This document shows positions 25,511 through 37,378 of a DNA stretch of 64,000 nucleotides, in pieces (the stretch's first letter is position 1; each line of letters starts with the position of its first letter). The notes under the pieces were generated by a model. That model saw only the letters and a list, made by a program, of their open reading frames with translations, did no database searches and had not been told where the DNA came from. The stretch comes from Psammoneis japonica (Eukaryota). The stretch is taken from positions 62,001-126,000 of the forward strand of contig QPGO01000143.1 of the NCBI GenBank assembly GCA_008632985.1. Reading direction: 5' to 3'. The position numbers and the translations under genes are program-made.

Positions 25511-27276
25511 TTACTTTTCCCAGTATGCAGCGTATCGGGTTTTGCCATTGGCAACAGCACCCGTGACAGCGCCAGTGGTCCAACCGTTACTGATCCTATT
25601 ATTCCAGTGGGTTTGGTATCCTCCACCGGTGAGCCGTGCTTGGCAAAGACACTAGGCATGGCCGAGGAAGCCCAGATTGCAGAGTAGTAAATCGATCCGT
25701 TGTGCTCGTAGCTGTTGAGGTATATAAGACGACGGCCAGCTGCCTTGTTTGCATTAAAGTTGGCTTGATACTGTGCCGAGCTTTGAAAGGACTTGGCGTG
25801 CCAACTACCGATGGAACCCTTGGTGTACACGGCCGCGTATACAAGAACCCCATTGACAGACGTTGGAGAGATGACTCGGGGACGCCAACCGGCTTTTGTC
25901 CAAGCGTTAAAGATGGCCTGGTGAGCCGCCGCAGACTTGTCGTGGTATGTTAGTGTTTGGGGTACGGATGCGCCCTTTTGGAAGATTCCAACGTAGCGCA
26001 CATTGTTACCGACATTGTAGGTGTCGATGTGGACCAGTTCAAAACCCTGTGCACCATAGGCAATCTTCTTTTGGCTCAACTGTGCCTTGGTCAGACTGCG
26101 GTGAGAAAACCAGGACACACTTGGATTCTTGTTGGGATGGTATACGACGTTGAAAACCGCCTTGCCATCTCGGCCAAAGCCATCGTTCCAGTCCATGCGG
26201 TAGCCGCAAGTCGATGCTGCGTTGAAGTCTTCTTGAAACTTGTTGTCCGCAAGACCGTGACGGGCATACTCTCCCCAACCAGGACGAACTAGCGGGACTT
26301 TGTACAAAGTACCGGCAACGAAGAACTGATTTCCTGGAATACCGCAAATGCGGGGAACGCGGTTCTTGCCCTTGATGTAGCCACCGGCGGGTATAATCGG
26401 ATCAGAGAGATCGTCTGGAACAGCAACCTCAAAATGAAGGTGGTCTCCACTAGCACAACCAATGTCGCTTTCAATGCCAATGAACTGTCCAACAGACACC
26501 TTGTCTCCGACCGACAGTCCGGCATTGACACTGGCACTGTTCTGTGCGAGATGGCTGTACTTGGTCCACTCGCCGTTCTTGTGGGCAATCCATACGTAGT
26601 TATTGTTCTTGCAGCCGCCATTCACATTGTGTGAGTCTTCAATGAACTTGATCGTGCCACTCTGTGCTGCGACGATCTCGTAGGGTCCGCCCGACTTACC
26701 GGACATATCAATTCGATTCTTTGGGGTGTGAGTAAGGTGGTCACGATTCACCCTGACAGTGACACCGGGCTGGTAGGGAATGGCATAAAGTCCCTTCGAA
26801 GGGGGGCGGTGGCGAGGACCCCTTATGACGTTCCCGAGAAGCGGGTTCTCGCGGTCGATTTTACGAATAGGTAGCTCTTTCAGTTGGCCAGATAAACTGT
26901 CAGATTCATCCTTCCATGTCCAAGTTAAAAAAGTGTGCGAGTTCAACGGAAACAAATGAATGAGCGAGTGAGTCAACCAGGGAAGAGCTCTAAAGAAGCT
27001 CACACCCAAGCGCTGCAGTACTGTACTTGCGAATGATAGACGGTACTTACCAGAAAATCTAGGTTGCCTTCATTTGCTTTCTCGATATCAAATGTCACGT
27101 CACGCTGTGGATTGGCATAAAAAGAGGCTGTTAGTACAGCAGGGGTTGTTTGGTCATGGTTGCGCCACGCTCAACCCAGACGAGAAGCTCACCTTCCGAA
27201 GCCCTTCTGCATCTTCCGCTGCGGTAGAAGCGGTGAAGAGGAAGATCGTGATTGTCAATGCTGCAATCGTCTTCAT
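25511..27276 (-). CDS. Secreted M23 metallopeptidase with C-terminal bacterial tandem repeats (BTRD1/polyglycine-hydrolase-like); 2 introns, frameshift near 25630
   Basis: Signal MKTIAALTITIFLFTASTAA; introns 27192-27105 and 27050-26911. M23 motifs HTPKNRID, KYSHL, GDKVSVGQFIG, GDHLHFEV. Five repeats of about 50 aa such as WHAKSFQSSAQYQANFNANKAAGRRLIYLNSY…YSAIW; the last repeat ends …TRYAAYWEK* in a shifted frame. Confidence 0.85.
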
Positions 27277-27779
27277 GATGTTGCTCGTCGTCCCTTCTCA
27301 AGTTGCAGAGTTATAACGCGGTTACCTCTTTTCCAGCATTGATATTTCTGAGAGAGGAAGTATGAGAAGGAAGGAAAAACAAAGGTTATTCTCTTTTTTT
27401 GGTGACTGCCAGCAGACACTTCAAGTTGAAGCGGAGGCTAGCATAAATGTTTCAAAACACTTACTAGAGACTATGCCGGCATGATAGCGAAGAAATTCTT
27501 TTTTCTCCTCATCTGTTGAAGCATGCACTGTAGGGCCCTATGGTCTGTTGGTGGGATGAATTTGCCCGAATAATTGTTTCTAAACAATTAAGGACGGAAT
27601 ATTTTAAAATAAAATCTGAATACTTTTTATCGATTCTGAAGAGCTTTGCTGCATTTTCAAGTACAGACATCAGCAAATGTACATCCTTGCCACCGATCGC
27701 GAATCACGATTCACATCTTCAACTGCAACCGCCAACATGACTGAAAAATGCGACATTTCCCTGCAGCATGTAGCGAGCG

Positions 27780-29340
27780 AGAGAAAGGGATGGATGGCGG
27801 CATTTTGCATCCAATGCAAATGACTTTGTGTTAAATGATCTTTTCTTTCCGTGCTGGAGAGTCATCGCTGGCACAGAGAAATTGTGTGGGCCAGAGGTCA
27901 AGGAAAACAATGTGTGCGCCCCGACTTCCAGCACACCGCAAGTTTGCAGGAAGCGACTCTTGCAGTGCTGCCCCTCACCAAGAGCCATGTCATTGCACGT
28001 GCAGAGTGAAGTGCGCTGGGCAAGCAGGGCTTCACCTGGCTTGCAGCAGCTGAAGTTGTCAGCACCTGGATGCCGCTGCTCTGCAGTGCATTGGTGCGCT
28101 GCAGCTGGTGCTAAGATATGATCAAATGCCTTGTGTGCACACTCTTTGGAAGAAGAGTGATTTTCTCAATGAAAAGCACAGGTGCCCCTGCCAATGACAC
28201 AGCGCATGCACAGCATGAGGGCAGCTGCAGCCGCTTTCTGCCTTGTGTGATGACACAACTGGTGCTGCCAGGCTGTTGCACAAGAGCTTGTTTTTTGCAT
28301 GTGCGCTGTTTGCCTCTGTGTGTCACATGGTGCGTGATGTGCTCCAGCCCCACCCCAGCTGAGCAGGACTGAGCATGTGACATGGGCCCACAAAGCTCCC
28401 CGTTTGCGAGCTCTGTGCAGCTCAGCAATGCATTGGTGTGGCCAATGTGTGCATTTGTCCTCAATGCCCAAATGAATGACTGTGTTTGTGGTGCAACCAC
28501 ACCTCTCAATGCTCAAAGTTTTTGAAGCAAATTCATCAAGAATTGCGCTGTTGTGTGCAAAAAAATGTCAGAGTTGTCGAGCAGATGACCCAACAACTGC
28601 TTTGTGAAGTTGCACCAAAGTGCCAGCAAAGTCATGCAAAACACATGTGCATGACATGCAGCATGTCTCAAGAGCTTGTCAATGTTGCAGCTCAGCAGCA
28701 TGAGGTCCCACCAAGAGCTGGAACACACCACATGCATTTCTGCACACAGCAGCACTTTGCAAAATTGTTCGCAAGCTCCGCAGCTGTTTTGCAAAGCCAA
28801 AGGCCATTCATTGTGTGGCCACTTTTGAGAACAAAAATCAGCTCTTTGGGCATGTTCTTCAATTTCTGAAGAAGAGAGAAAAAAGAAACAACAAAAGTGG
28901 CACACACGTTTGTCAAGCATGTGGAAGAGCGGGGCTGGGCGACAGCGTCATTTCTCTGCCTCTTTTCCTGCCAGCATTTGTTGGCTTGCTTGCTGCAATG
29001 CAAGTTTGCTGCAGGGCTTGCATGTGGGATTCTGTGGGCCCAATGTCACATGGAGTCCCCTGACCAATGGCTGTTGGATCGCATGCATGCGTTCTTGTTG
29101 TGTGCTGCACGTGCCCTCCTCTTTTGCTCTGTGTGCTGCTCTCTTTGGAAGCCAGAGAGGGGGCTGGCTGAGGGCTTGAATGTGAACCTGCAGTGCTTGG
29201 GTGGGGACACTCACACCCACCATGACACTTGGTCAGTCTGTCATGGAGCAGCACCCAGCATGGGACAATTGTTTGTTGAGTCTTCCATCAAACCCACAGG
29301 GCACCAGGGAGGCACAGACCACTCTGTGCGGTGTGTGCGT
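27780..29340. other. TpA-depleted hypermutated domain 3
   Basis: Almost no TA between about 27840 and 29339 (only around 28112-28118), with a TG/CA excess. Ends about 150 bp before the bestrophin start codon. Confidence 0.85.
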
Positions 29341-29490
29341 AGCGCGGGGCGTGGTGTCCCGATCTGTGCTCTGCGCGGCCCAGCGGCACAAGCCCGCGCG
29401 ACAACCGACGGTTTCACGATGGCCATCAGCCATCACTGTTCACGACGCCACAGCACCGCCATGAGTTGTAGAGTTAGAGGAAATCCAGCC

Positions 29491-30877
29491 ATGAGGATCC
29501 TTTTCGTTATTGCTTGCCTACCAGTTTTCTACGCGTTTGTACCGGTAACTCACTTTCTAAGTAACCGACACTACGTCCAAAACAAGCCTCATTTTTCTTT
29601 TGAAAGAAAAACAAAGAGACGTACAGAGAAGTATGCAGTGAGTGACGATACCAATTTCTCGTCCAACATTGATTCTGATGACAGTGCAGTAGACGAGATT
29701 GCATCTGCGTTGGATAGCGTTTGTGGAACAAAACCGGGCAACGTAATTCCTCCGTACAAGCCACAACGCCGATGGTTGTGGAGAAGGTGGAAAGGCACAG
29801 TTTTGCGCGAGACGTTGCCAACGGTTGCCATCAACATGCTTGTTACATTGCTCATTTGCCTATCGATTCGACACTTGACACAGTCACCATGGGCACTCGG
29901 TACCAAACCGGATCCGACCAACGCAGTCATTGCACGTCTCGGTGTCTTTGTGCAAGTGTGGAGGTATCTCATGACGCTCACGACCTTTGTCTTGACTTTC
30001 TTTTTGGGAGAAGCGTTCTTGCTATGGAAACAAATTTATACCATTGGTAGAAAAGTGCAAGGAAGACTCAATGATATTAGTATTTTGGTTGCTACTCACG
30101 CCAAACGAAACAAACAAGGTCGGTATACACAAGAATCACAGGATTTGTTAAATACGACAGCACGACACATTCGTGTATTTCATGTTTTAATGTGGGCCAG
30201 TTGTGCTCGAGACTACACCAGTTTGCTGTCACAGGAGGGCTTGAATCAAATGGTGAAACGAGAAATGTTGACAAGGGAGGAAGCCGACACTCTGGTCAGT
30301 TCAAAGTTGCCAGCCGGACAACGACACAATGCGCTATTGGAATGGATTGTGATTCGCATTCAAACTGCACGACAAAAGGGCCTCTTGGAGGAGAGTGCTG
30401 GACATGGTTTTGAACAAGTCTTTTTGGACAAGGTTTGCACCTTAAGAGGTACTTATGCGACGATTGGCGATGTCATGGACGGTCGAATGCCACTTTGCTA
30501 CGCTCACATGGTAAGTTGTCAATCAGAGTGAGCTGCAGATGCTCCGTTCCGCTATAATACAGGCGTCCTAACTTTGATACTACTTCTATTTATTGCAGGT
30601 TCAAGTATTGGTTGATGGCTTTTTGTTTTGTGCGCCACTGGCCCTTTTTGCCGAGTTGGGCGTCTGGTCGGTGCTGTCGATTGGTTTCCTAACATTTTTC
30701 TATTCCGGATTATTGGACTTGGCCAAGGTGTTTTTAGATCCGCTCGACAATGAAGACTACTCGCAGGAGAGTGCCGTTAAGATTGATTTGTCCGTATTGA
30801 TTCGTGAAACCAACGACGGATCGGTTCGATGGAAGAATGGAGTCGAGACTTTACCATCCACTGTCCTTGAAAGCTAA
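29491..30877 (+). CDS. Bestrophin-family anion channel, probably plastid-targeted; intron 30511-30598
   Basis: Bipartite presequence MRILFVIACLPVFYA-FVP (ASAFAP-like), WKGTVL, TLTTFVLTFFL, VQGRLND, MPLCYAHM|VQVLVD, FLDPLDNED. Confidence 0.85.
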
Positions 30878-31544
30878 AAGCTAAAATGTGGTGACTAATC
30901 CATCAATAATCGTCTGCGATGCGACGAATTCAGAGCAGATCAGCTCTAGGAATTTCTCATCTCTAGTCTGCACTCCAGTCTGATTGAGCTACAAATATTG
31001 TAAAAGTGTAGCTTTTGAATAACAGGCAGCGTCCATACCACACACAACGGCGAAATCGACAGCCATGAAACAACCGGATCAACGAAGACAGTGAGTGACG
31101 AATCATCTTACATTGGGTCGGCTGTTTCCCCCAGTGCTAGGTGCCGTCGCTTCTTTGAAAACGAGAATAGTGATGCAGAGATTACGTATTTGTGACAGCC
31201 TTTCGAATGTTGAAAACGCCTCGATTCGTGGGTGACCCGCGAATCATCCAATTTGTGAGATCCCATGCGCGACTGAGAGAGGCGTGTGTCAGTCGTGTCA
31301 TGCCTTTGTGTGTCGCGTTTCTTGCAAAAGCTCCACGAGGCGAAACCTGACAGTGCGAAAAATTTCGAAATTTCGATGTTCGCATTCATGATTCAAGTAG
31401 AATTGTACACAATTCAATACCACCGCCTCCAGAGCGTTCCCAAATTTTTGGTGAGCCGCACCATTCATTCACAAACCACAACAAGTGACTGCGAAATCCA
31501 TCGCGTTCAAACGTCTTCGTTAACACAACGAGTAGTAACCAACA

Positions 31545-32123
31545 ATGATTCCTCCAACAACCGAACCTATCTCTCCCACGACAGATTCAATCAAAATCAT
31601 GGGCCTGTCCAAAAATGAAGCTTGCCGCAGTTTTCCTCCCCGCCAAAGCTTCATGAATGACGGAGGAAGCGGCAAAATAAGCATCGCAGATCATCCGAAA
31701 CGATGCATAGGAAGAAATGCTCAATCAACAAGAAAAAAGGTCCGTCTCGACAGCAGCTTTTCTTGCGAAAGCGTCATGGCAATTTTGAATGATCTACGTG
31801 ACGACTTGACAGTTCAAGAATTGTGCCTCTCCTTGACCTACGAAAGCAGGCAAGATTTGGACTGTGTTTTGAAATGCCTCGGACGATTGCTATCCCAAAA
31901 TAAGGGCTTGCAAAAAATCTGCGTCGAAACAAAGAGCACCCTTTCGTGCCAAAGCGCAATGGCAATTGCAAACGGTCTAAAACGTAATCGGACCCTTCTC
32001 GTCTTCAACCTGAAGGATACTTCGAGTGGGCAAGTGGACGAGCTGTTCAACCGAACTGACGATTCTAATAGTATTGACCATTGCTGGGAGGAACGACAAA
32101 ATTACAGCCAAGCGTGTCGATGA
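31545..32123 (+). CDS. Hypothetical protein with RNI-like leucine-rich repeat fragment
   Basis: LGRLLSQNKGLQKI, AMAIANGLKRNRTLLVFNL. Confidence 0.5.
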   Translation: MIPPTTEPISPTTDSIKIMGLSKNEACRSFPPRQSFMNDGGSGKISIADHPKRCIGRNAQSTRKKVRLDSSFSCESVMAILNDLRDDLTVQELCLSLTYESRQDLDCVLKCLGRLLSQNKGLQKICVETKSTLSCQSAMAIANGLKRNRTLLVFNLKDTSSGQVDELFNRTDDSNSIDHCWEERQNYSQACR

Positions 32124-32529
32124 CAAAGGAAATTTGGCTACAGTGCCAGTGGACTCGGAATCCTTTTCAAATCGATTTGATAGATAATAAAATTGCTTAA
32201 AATAGAGAATAAAGATCCAGTAAATAATGCAAATTGAGCGCCAATTAGGCCCTAGAGTCACATGGTTTTCTCGTTTTGAATGCTCGATCTGCCAGAGAGA
32301 GGCACGAGAAGTAGAATTTTCAAAGTGAATGGCAAATTCGAAAACAGCTTTTATTTATTTTTTTAAAGCAATCAAGGATACATGGATCGAGGTAGTGAGA
32401 TAGCTACTCTACTTGGGCAATTCTCTACTCTCGGTACAAAAGAGCCATCATAATGTCGTCCAAAATGAGCAGAAATGCTTTTGATGATGGTGCTTTGAAT
32501 ATCACGGATACAATAAAGTAGGAGCGAGT

Positions 32530-32583
32530 ACTCGTGACTCGTGACTCGTGACTCGTTACTCGTTACTCGTGACTCGTGACTCG
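32530..32583. repeat. Heptamer array (ACTCGT[G/T]) x about 7.5 upstream of the ENaC-like gene
   Basis: actcgtg actcgtg actcgtg actcgtt actcgtt actcgtg actcgtg actcg. Confidence 0.85.
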
Positions 32584-32728
32584 AGCGAGAAAAATGAGGC
32601 ATTACATATATTCGTGCCGTTATATAACATTAAAATTTTGGAAACCGTCGACGGCGACGGACACAACGACAGCTTTTGTGCTGTAGTTTTGAGTTTCCTT
32701 CAACAAGAAGTTGGAAGTATCTTCAACC

Positions 32729-34781
32729 ATGGCGTCTTCTGCGTTTCGTCATGGAGTTGCTGCTGAAGATGCTCGTTCCTTCTCCAGTGAAAGTGATACA
32801 GAAATGAGATTTCAAAACGGAGAAGAATTTGATCCCGCTGTGGCTCGCAAAACTGCGCAAGATACCGGCGAAACGGCACAAGATCCGAGCCAACTTGGAG
32901 AGTTTCCTGGTGGTCGCGTTGTTGTTGATGATGATGATGGCTCGGGAAAAGATACAAACAAAGACGAATCTTGGAGGTATTGGCGTGGAAACATGACCCA
33001 TAGTATTAGAAGAAACAACGGGAACATGTCAAAGGTAAGAAATGGATAAAAACTATGTGGCGGCCCTGTAGTTTCTCAATCTTACCAAATATCTGATGTT
33101 TCCTTTTCCCAGTATTCCGACGATTGTTTGAGTGTTCATGGGCTGTACTATGCCTTTTACAGTGGAAACGGGAAGTTGAGGACGTTAACATATCTGATTA
33201 TTTGGCTTGCGGCAGGTGCTCTTTTCCTCTACTTGACCATTCCTCTTATTGAGGACTATCGAAGGCGAACTGTCGCAACTTCGATTGACACTGAATCTGA
33301 AGTGGCAGAAGGCTTGGCGCTCCCGATAATTACCGTATGTCAACGTGGACGAGGAATCCGATGCGATTGTCAGCTGTGGAGAAAACTGCACTGTCGATAC
33401 TTGAATGTGACCAAAAACGAGGAATGGAGAAAACGGTTCTCGGATTATGGTTGTTTTTCCTATTTTGAAACCGAGACAAATCCAAGTGATCCCGAGTGGA
33501 TAAACCCAAGGTGCGAGGACTTTGAAGAAGGCAATGAGCCGATTGATTCGTGTGGACCGGAACCCAGTGACGTTGAGCAGTTCCCTATGCTGACCGCGTT
33601 TCGTGGGCCGGATATGTACAAACGCATTCTTTCACGGGAGTCTAGTCCAGACGGGCCCTACATTACACAAGAAGAACTTGCCTTCTATGCCCCATCGAGG
33701 TTCCGTGTGGATGAAAACGTTTTCTTCATGAAAGAAGGTCGCCGCTTTGGACTGCCAATTCCCGTGCCAAAGCATTGGATAAAGCGTTCCTACATTGAAG
33801 AGAGTCAACTAAAGACATGTGTGCAGGTTCGGCCGCCACCAGAGGATGAACGACAGTACAGACCCGGAGCACTGAGTGGCATTTCTGTTCTTGTGACTGG
33901 CGTAAAATCTTCGGCTAATTTTCCGCTTCAAGACCTGGCATCATCCACAGCTGCGTTGAATCTCCACGTGAATTCGATAGATCGATCTCAGTACGATGAT
34001 GTGTATCTCCCAGTCGAAGTCCATCATTTTATGGAGGTCCCAGCCGGGAACGTGTTTGAAGTTGAATACAATGTCGAAACGTTTGATCGTTACAAAGGAT
34101 GGGGCCCGCTTGCATCGAGACAATGCAAAGACACGACGACGCCTCGATCGTTGTGCGTACAGGACGAATCCCTGGCGCGCGCAGCCTTGCAATGTGGCTG
34201 CAAAAGAGACCACCAGGTGTTCAACAAATCCTTAGGTCTCATTTATGCATGCTCGGCATCCGTGGGAACAAGCGAGTACGAATGCACGACGGACTACATC
34301 TCGCAGAATTACCCGACCCAGCTTGTGTCGCTAAAGACATGTCCGACTCAGTGTTCTTCACACGGACGACAAATCACCAGTCAGACCATGGTACAAATTT
34401 CTGATGGCCAATTGAGCTATTTTAGAAGCTATCTTGCCTCCATTGGAGCAAACACAACTTCACTGACAAAAGACGAACTCGTCTTTGCTCGCGTTGGTGC
34501 GGGGACACTCTGTAAGTCATTCTCGCTCTATCTCTTCTCCCTTGGTCCTTACTATTCTCTCACTGAGGTGTTTCTATTTGTTGTTTTTTACATGTACAGT
34601 GGTAAAACATTTCGATGAGGAACCTAGTACGTCACTTGGAGCACTTATCGGGCAAATCGGAGGCAACGCAGGCCTTTGGTGTGGCCTTTCCTTTGTAATG
34701 ATGTTTGAGGTATTTGAGTTTTGTACCGTGGCGGGATTTTATGCATTGAGAAAGTGGAGAAAGAACAAGAAACAGCAGTGA
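32729..34781 (+). CDS. DEG/ENaC/ASIC-family sodium channel; introns 33035-33112 and 34512-34599
   Basis: Pre-TM1 HG motif (LSVHGL), TM1, LPIITVC (cf. FPAVTxC), Cys-rich ectodomain, TM2 LIGQIGGNAGLWCGLSFVMMFE with GxS filter. Both introns splice in frame. Confidence 0.9.
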
Positions 34782-35165
34782 TTGGTTGCTTATTTCAGCG
34801 TCTGTTCCCTCTAGTCATAAACGGGAAGAGCGACGAGTCGTCTCACAAAGTTGTCATCTTTGTTCGTTGGCTTTAGACTTGCTGATGAAAAGGCAGTCAC
34901 ATGCATCATAATATATCCTATGTCTAAAGGTGGGGTTTATCATTTACACTCTTGCTAGCCATCAACCCATTCAGCCATTCACAGTTATAGTGCTGCAGTA
35001 GATAGTAGTTTGCTTGTCGTAAAAAGTACAACGCCCTAACATCGATGATTCGTCGTCGGCTTTTTCAAGAATTTGGCGATGCCGCAAAACAAACCATGGA
35101 GCCCCAAAAAGACAGTACAAAAGCAATGCTATGATGACAGCCCCCATCATTGGTGACTATAAAAC

Positions 35166-36458
35166 ATGAGTAGCCTTCCCATGAAAGGGTATAAGGATGC
35201 TGTTGTCGACAACAAGGCGTCATCATCTCATTATGTAGCAGCAGTTTGCCAGTGGAAGAGGATTGCGATTGGCTTATTGTGCTTGATTGTGGCAACAGCA
35301 GTGGTTGTTGTAGAGTTTAGCGTGGTGAACAATTGGGATGTGGAACGAGGAGGAGTGACGCAAAAACAAAAAATGAAACGAACGACAACAAGCGTAGTAT
35401 TTCAACCAAGGCCCTTACCTGATATGTCTGACGGTGGCATGGTTTTTTTCTTGCATGTTCCCAAGACGGGAGGAAGCACGGTGAGGTTTAACTTTCGACA
35501 ACAACAAGTACCACCAAATAAGGGATCCAGTTTGATGGCAAACCTGTCGAAAGGAGAGTCCATATTTACTCGACGAGTGAAATATATAAGGGGTAATTGG
35601 CGTTCTAGTTTGGACTGTCAGCTGGGTTACATCAGGGAGTTTTTAACGTCCAACTCTACAGAGAGAATGAAGAATTACGACAAGCCCGTGTTGTTTGTGG
35701 AGGTCCATGGTATGGATTCCTACAATGCTATTGAATTACAAGACTTTATCAAGGAGTGGCGAAGCTTGGCGAAAATTGGTGGCGTTCCTTTCTTTGCGTT
35801 TACCGTACTACGAGAAGCTCTTTCCGCCCAGATTTCCTTTTTCAACTTTTATCACATGTACAAGGATTGTCGCTTTCAGAAAGTTCCAGCAGACATGTCA
35901 GTACACGAGATTGAAAAGCAGCTACTTGTGCCTTGGTCGTATGACAACCCGCAATGCTTGTTTCTAGCACGTGGGGAACGTACCTTTGGAGAACGACCAG
36001 CTAGTTGCTATGGGAGACACTACAGTAGCTGCGTAGCCAGGTCGTTAGCGGTGAAGCGTATTCCGGGAAGCAAGTGGCGTACCGGTAGTAGGCAACCCTT
36101 TCCACAGAACTTCAAACCTCAATTGGAAGCGTTGCGAAAGAATTTGACTCGAGCGGAATGTACTCACGTTTACTCAGTCTTGCAAGAGTCGATGGATTGG
36201 ATTGGTGTGCTAGATCGCTGCAACAAAGAAACCTTTCCCATGTTGACACAAATGATATACAACAATGCCAGCCTTGCTTCTCAATTAGTACCGGCCCAGA
36301 TTGCGGACGAGCGTCAGTCCAAGCGTGTCGTGCACATGCAAGACGTCAGTAACACAACGTTTGAACAATTGGCGAGAAAGAGCCAGTTGGATGACGAACT
36401 CTACCGCCGAGCAAGCACAGAGTACACTACCGAAATGTGGACAAACTTTCCGCCCTAA
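35166..36458 (+). CDS. Membrane-anchored sulfotransferase-family protein
   Basis: N-terminal TM helix, PAPS-binding FLHVPKTGGST, FTVLRE, C-terminal LDDELY. Confidence 0.8.
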   Translation: MSSLPMKGYKDAVVDNKASSSHYVAAVCQWKRIAIGLLCLIVATAVVVVEFSVVNNWDVERGGVTQKQKMKRTTTSVVFQPRPLPDMSDGGMVFFLHVPKTGGSTVRFNFRQQQVPPNKGSSLMANLSKGESIFTRRVKYIRGNWRSSLDCQLGYIREFLTSNSTERMKNYDKPVLFVEVHGMDSYNAIELQDFIKEWRSLAKIGGVPFFAFTVLREALSAQISFFNFYHMYKDCRFQKVPADMSVHEIEKQLLVPWSYDNPQCLFLARGERTFGERPASCYGRHYSSCVARSLAVKRIPGSKWRTGSRQPFPQNFKPQLEALRKNLTRAECTHVYSVLQESMDWIGVLDRCNKETFPMLTQMIYNNASLASQLVPAQIADERQSKRVVHMQDVSNTTFEQLARKSQLDDELYRRASTEYTTEMWTNFPP

Positions 36459-36571
36459 CTACTTATATGAAGAGCAGTGCCTATGCTCTATGAAGAGGCA
36501 ATTGGCGATGAATGAACTCGATGATGGCATGTTGATCGGCTCTCGAGCACACAAAGTCTTGCTCGACTGAC

Positions 36572-37378
36572 TCATGGTTTCTGAAATATCACACTCAGAT
36601 TGTTGGCTGGCATTTCGACTGTTTCCCTCAACACAAGCCCATGCTTTTCAGCAGCCTTGACAACATGCTCTAAATTCCGCACACCCCATTCCGGATTTCG
36701 TTGTTGAAGAGATTGAGAAAAACGTAAATTAGATTCAACCGCGTTTCCGCCCACAATATACGGTCCATAAAAATACAAGACTCCGCCACTCTTTAACTTT
36801 TGCGCAGCCACCGTCATGAGCCCTAGCGTTGCGGCCCAAGGTGAAATGTGAATCATGTTGATGCAAATGATTAAGCTCAAGTTGCAATCGAGAGCACTAT
36901 CTGTATCACGTTGAATGATGCCTTTGTCGTTTAGCGTCAGTGGAAGCGGAGGCTGCACATTGGTCAGTTTAGAATTTTGAGCACGTGCTTGAATGGATGT
37001 GCGCGAAGACTCTTCTGGGTCGGTAGGGTACCACTGGTAAGCAGTTTCTTCTTTTTCTAGTTTCGTAGCAAAGTGCTCCGTGTGAACACCGCTTCCGGCA
37101 GCAACTTCCAAGACTCTCAGAGCTTCGTCATCATCTTTATTTATCAAAGGGACCACTTTGGTCGACAAGACATTCCAAATCGGATCCTTGTTTCGTTCTG
37201 CTGACGGTGAATCCAAAATGCTCATTTTTATATTAGTCGTGAAGGCACAATGCCTCGGTTGAAATAATGATAATCTCTGCAAGAAGGAACCGGCAAGCAC
37301 TTTTTGGGGCAAGAGGAGCAAAGAACAAGTTACCAGCGTCTTGGAGGACCGCACCATGAAGTGAGAATCAATTTTCAT
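36572..37378 (-). CDS. DUF938 / METTL26-like SAM-dependent methyltransferase (start could be further downstream)
   Basis: SPSAERNKDPI, VLEVAAGSGVH, WYPTD, INMIHISPW, YGPY, SNLRFSQSLQQRNPEWGVR, EMPANN. Confidence 0.9.
   Translation of the reverse strand: MKIDSHFMVRSSKTLVTCSLLLLPQKVLAGSFLQRLSLFQPRHCAFTTNIKMSILDSPSAERNKDPIWNVLSTKVVPLINKDDDEALRVLEVAAGSGVHTEHFATKLEKEETAYQWYPTDPEESSRTSIQARAQNSKLTNVQPPLPLTLNDKGIIQRDTDSALDCNLSLIICINMIHISPWAATLGLMTVAAQKLKSGGVLYFYGPYIVGGNAVESNLRFSQSLQQRNPEWGVRNLEHVVKAAEKHGLVLRETVEMPANNLSVIFQKP

Noticed and set aside
2581..29464. Dozens of overlapping Cys/His/Gln-rich ORFs in the TA-poor domains
   Set aside because: They are by-products of TAA/TAG loss: present in all six frames, nearly Tyr-free, with no intact domains.
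36572..37378. DUF938 methyltransferase as the DNA-modifying enzyme behind the mutation
   Set aside because: It is a widely conserved family with no known DNA activity or deaminase motif; proximity alone is not evidence.
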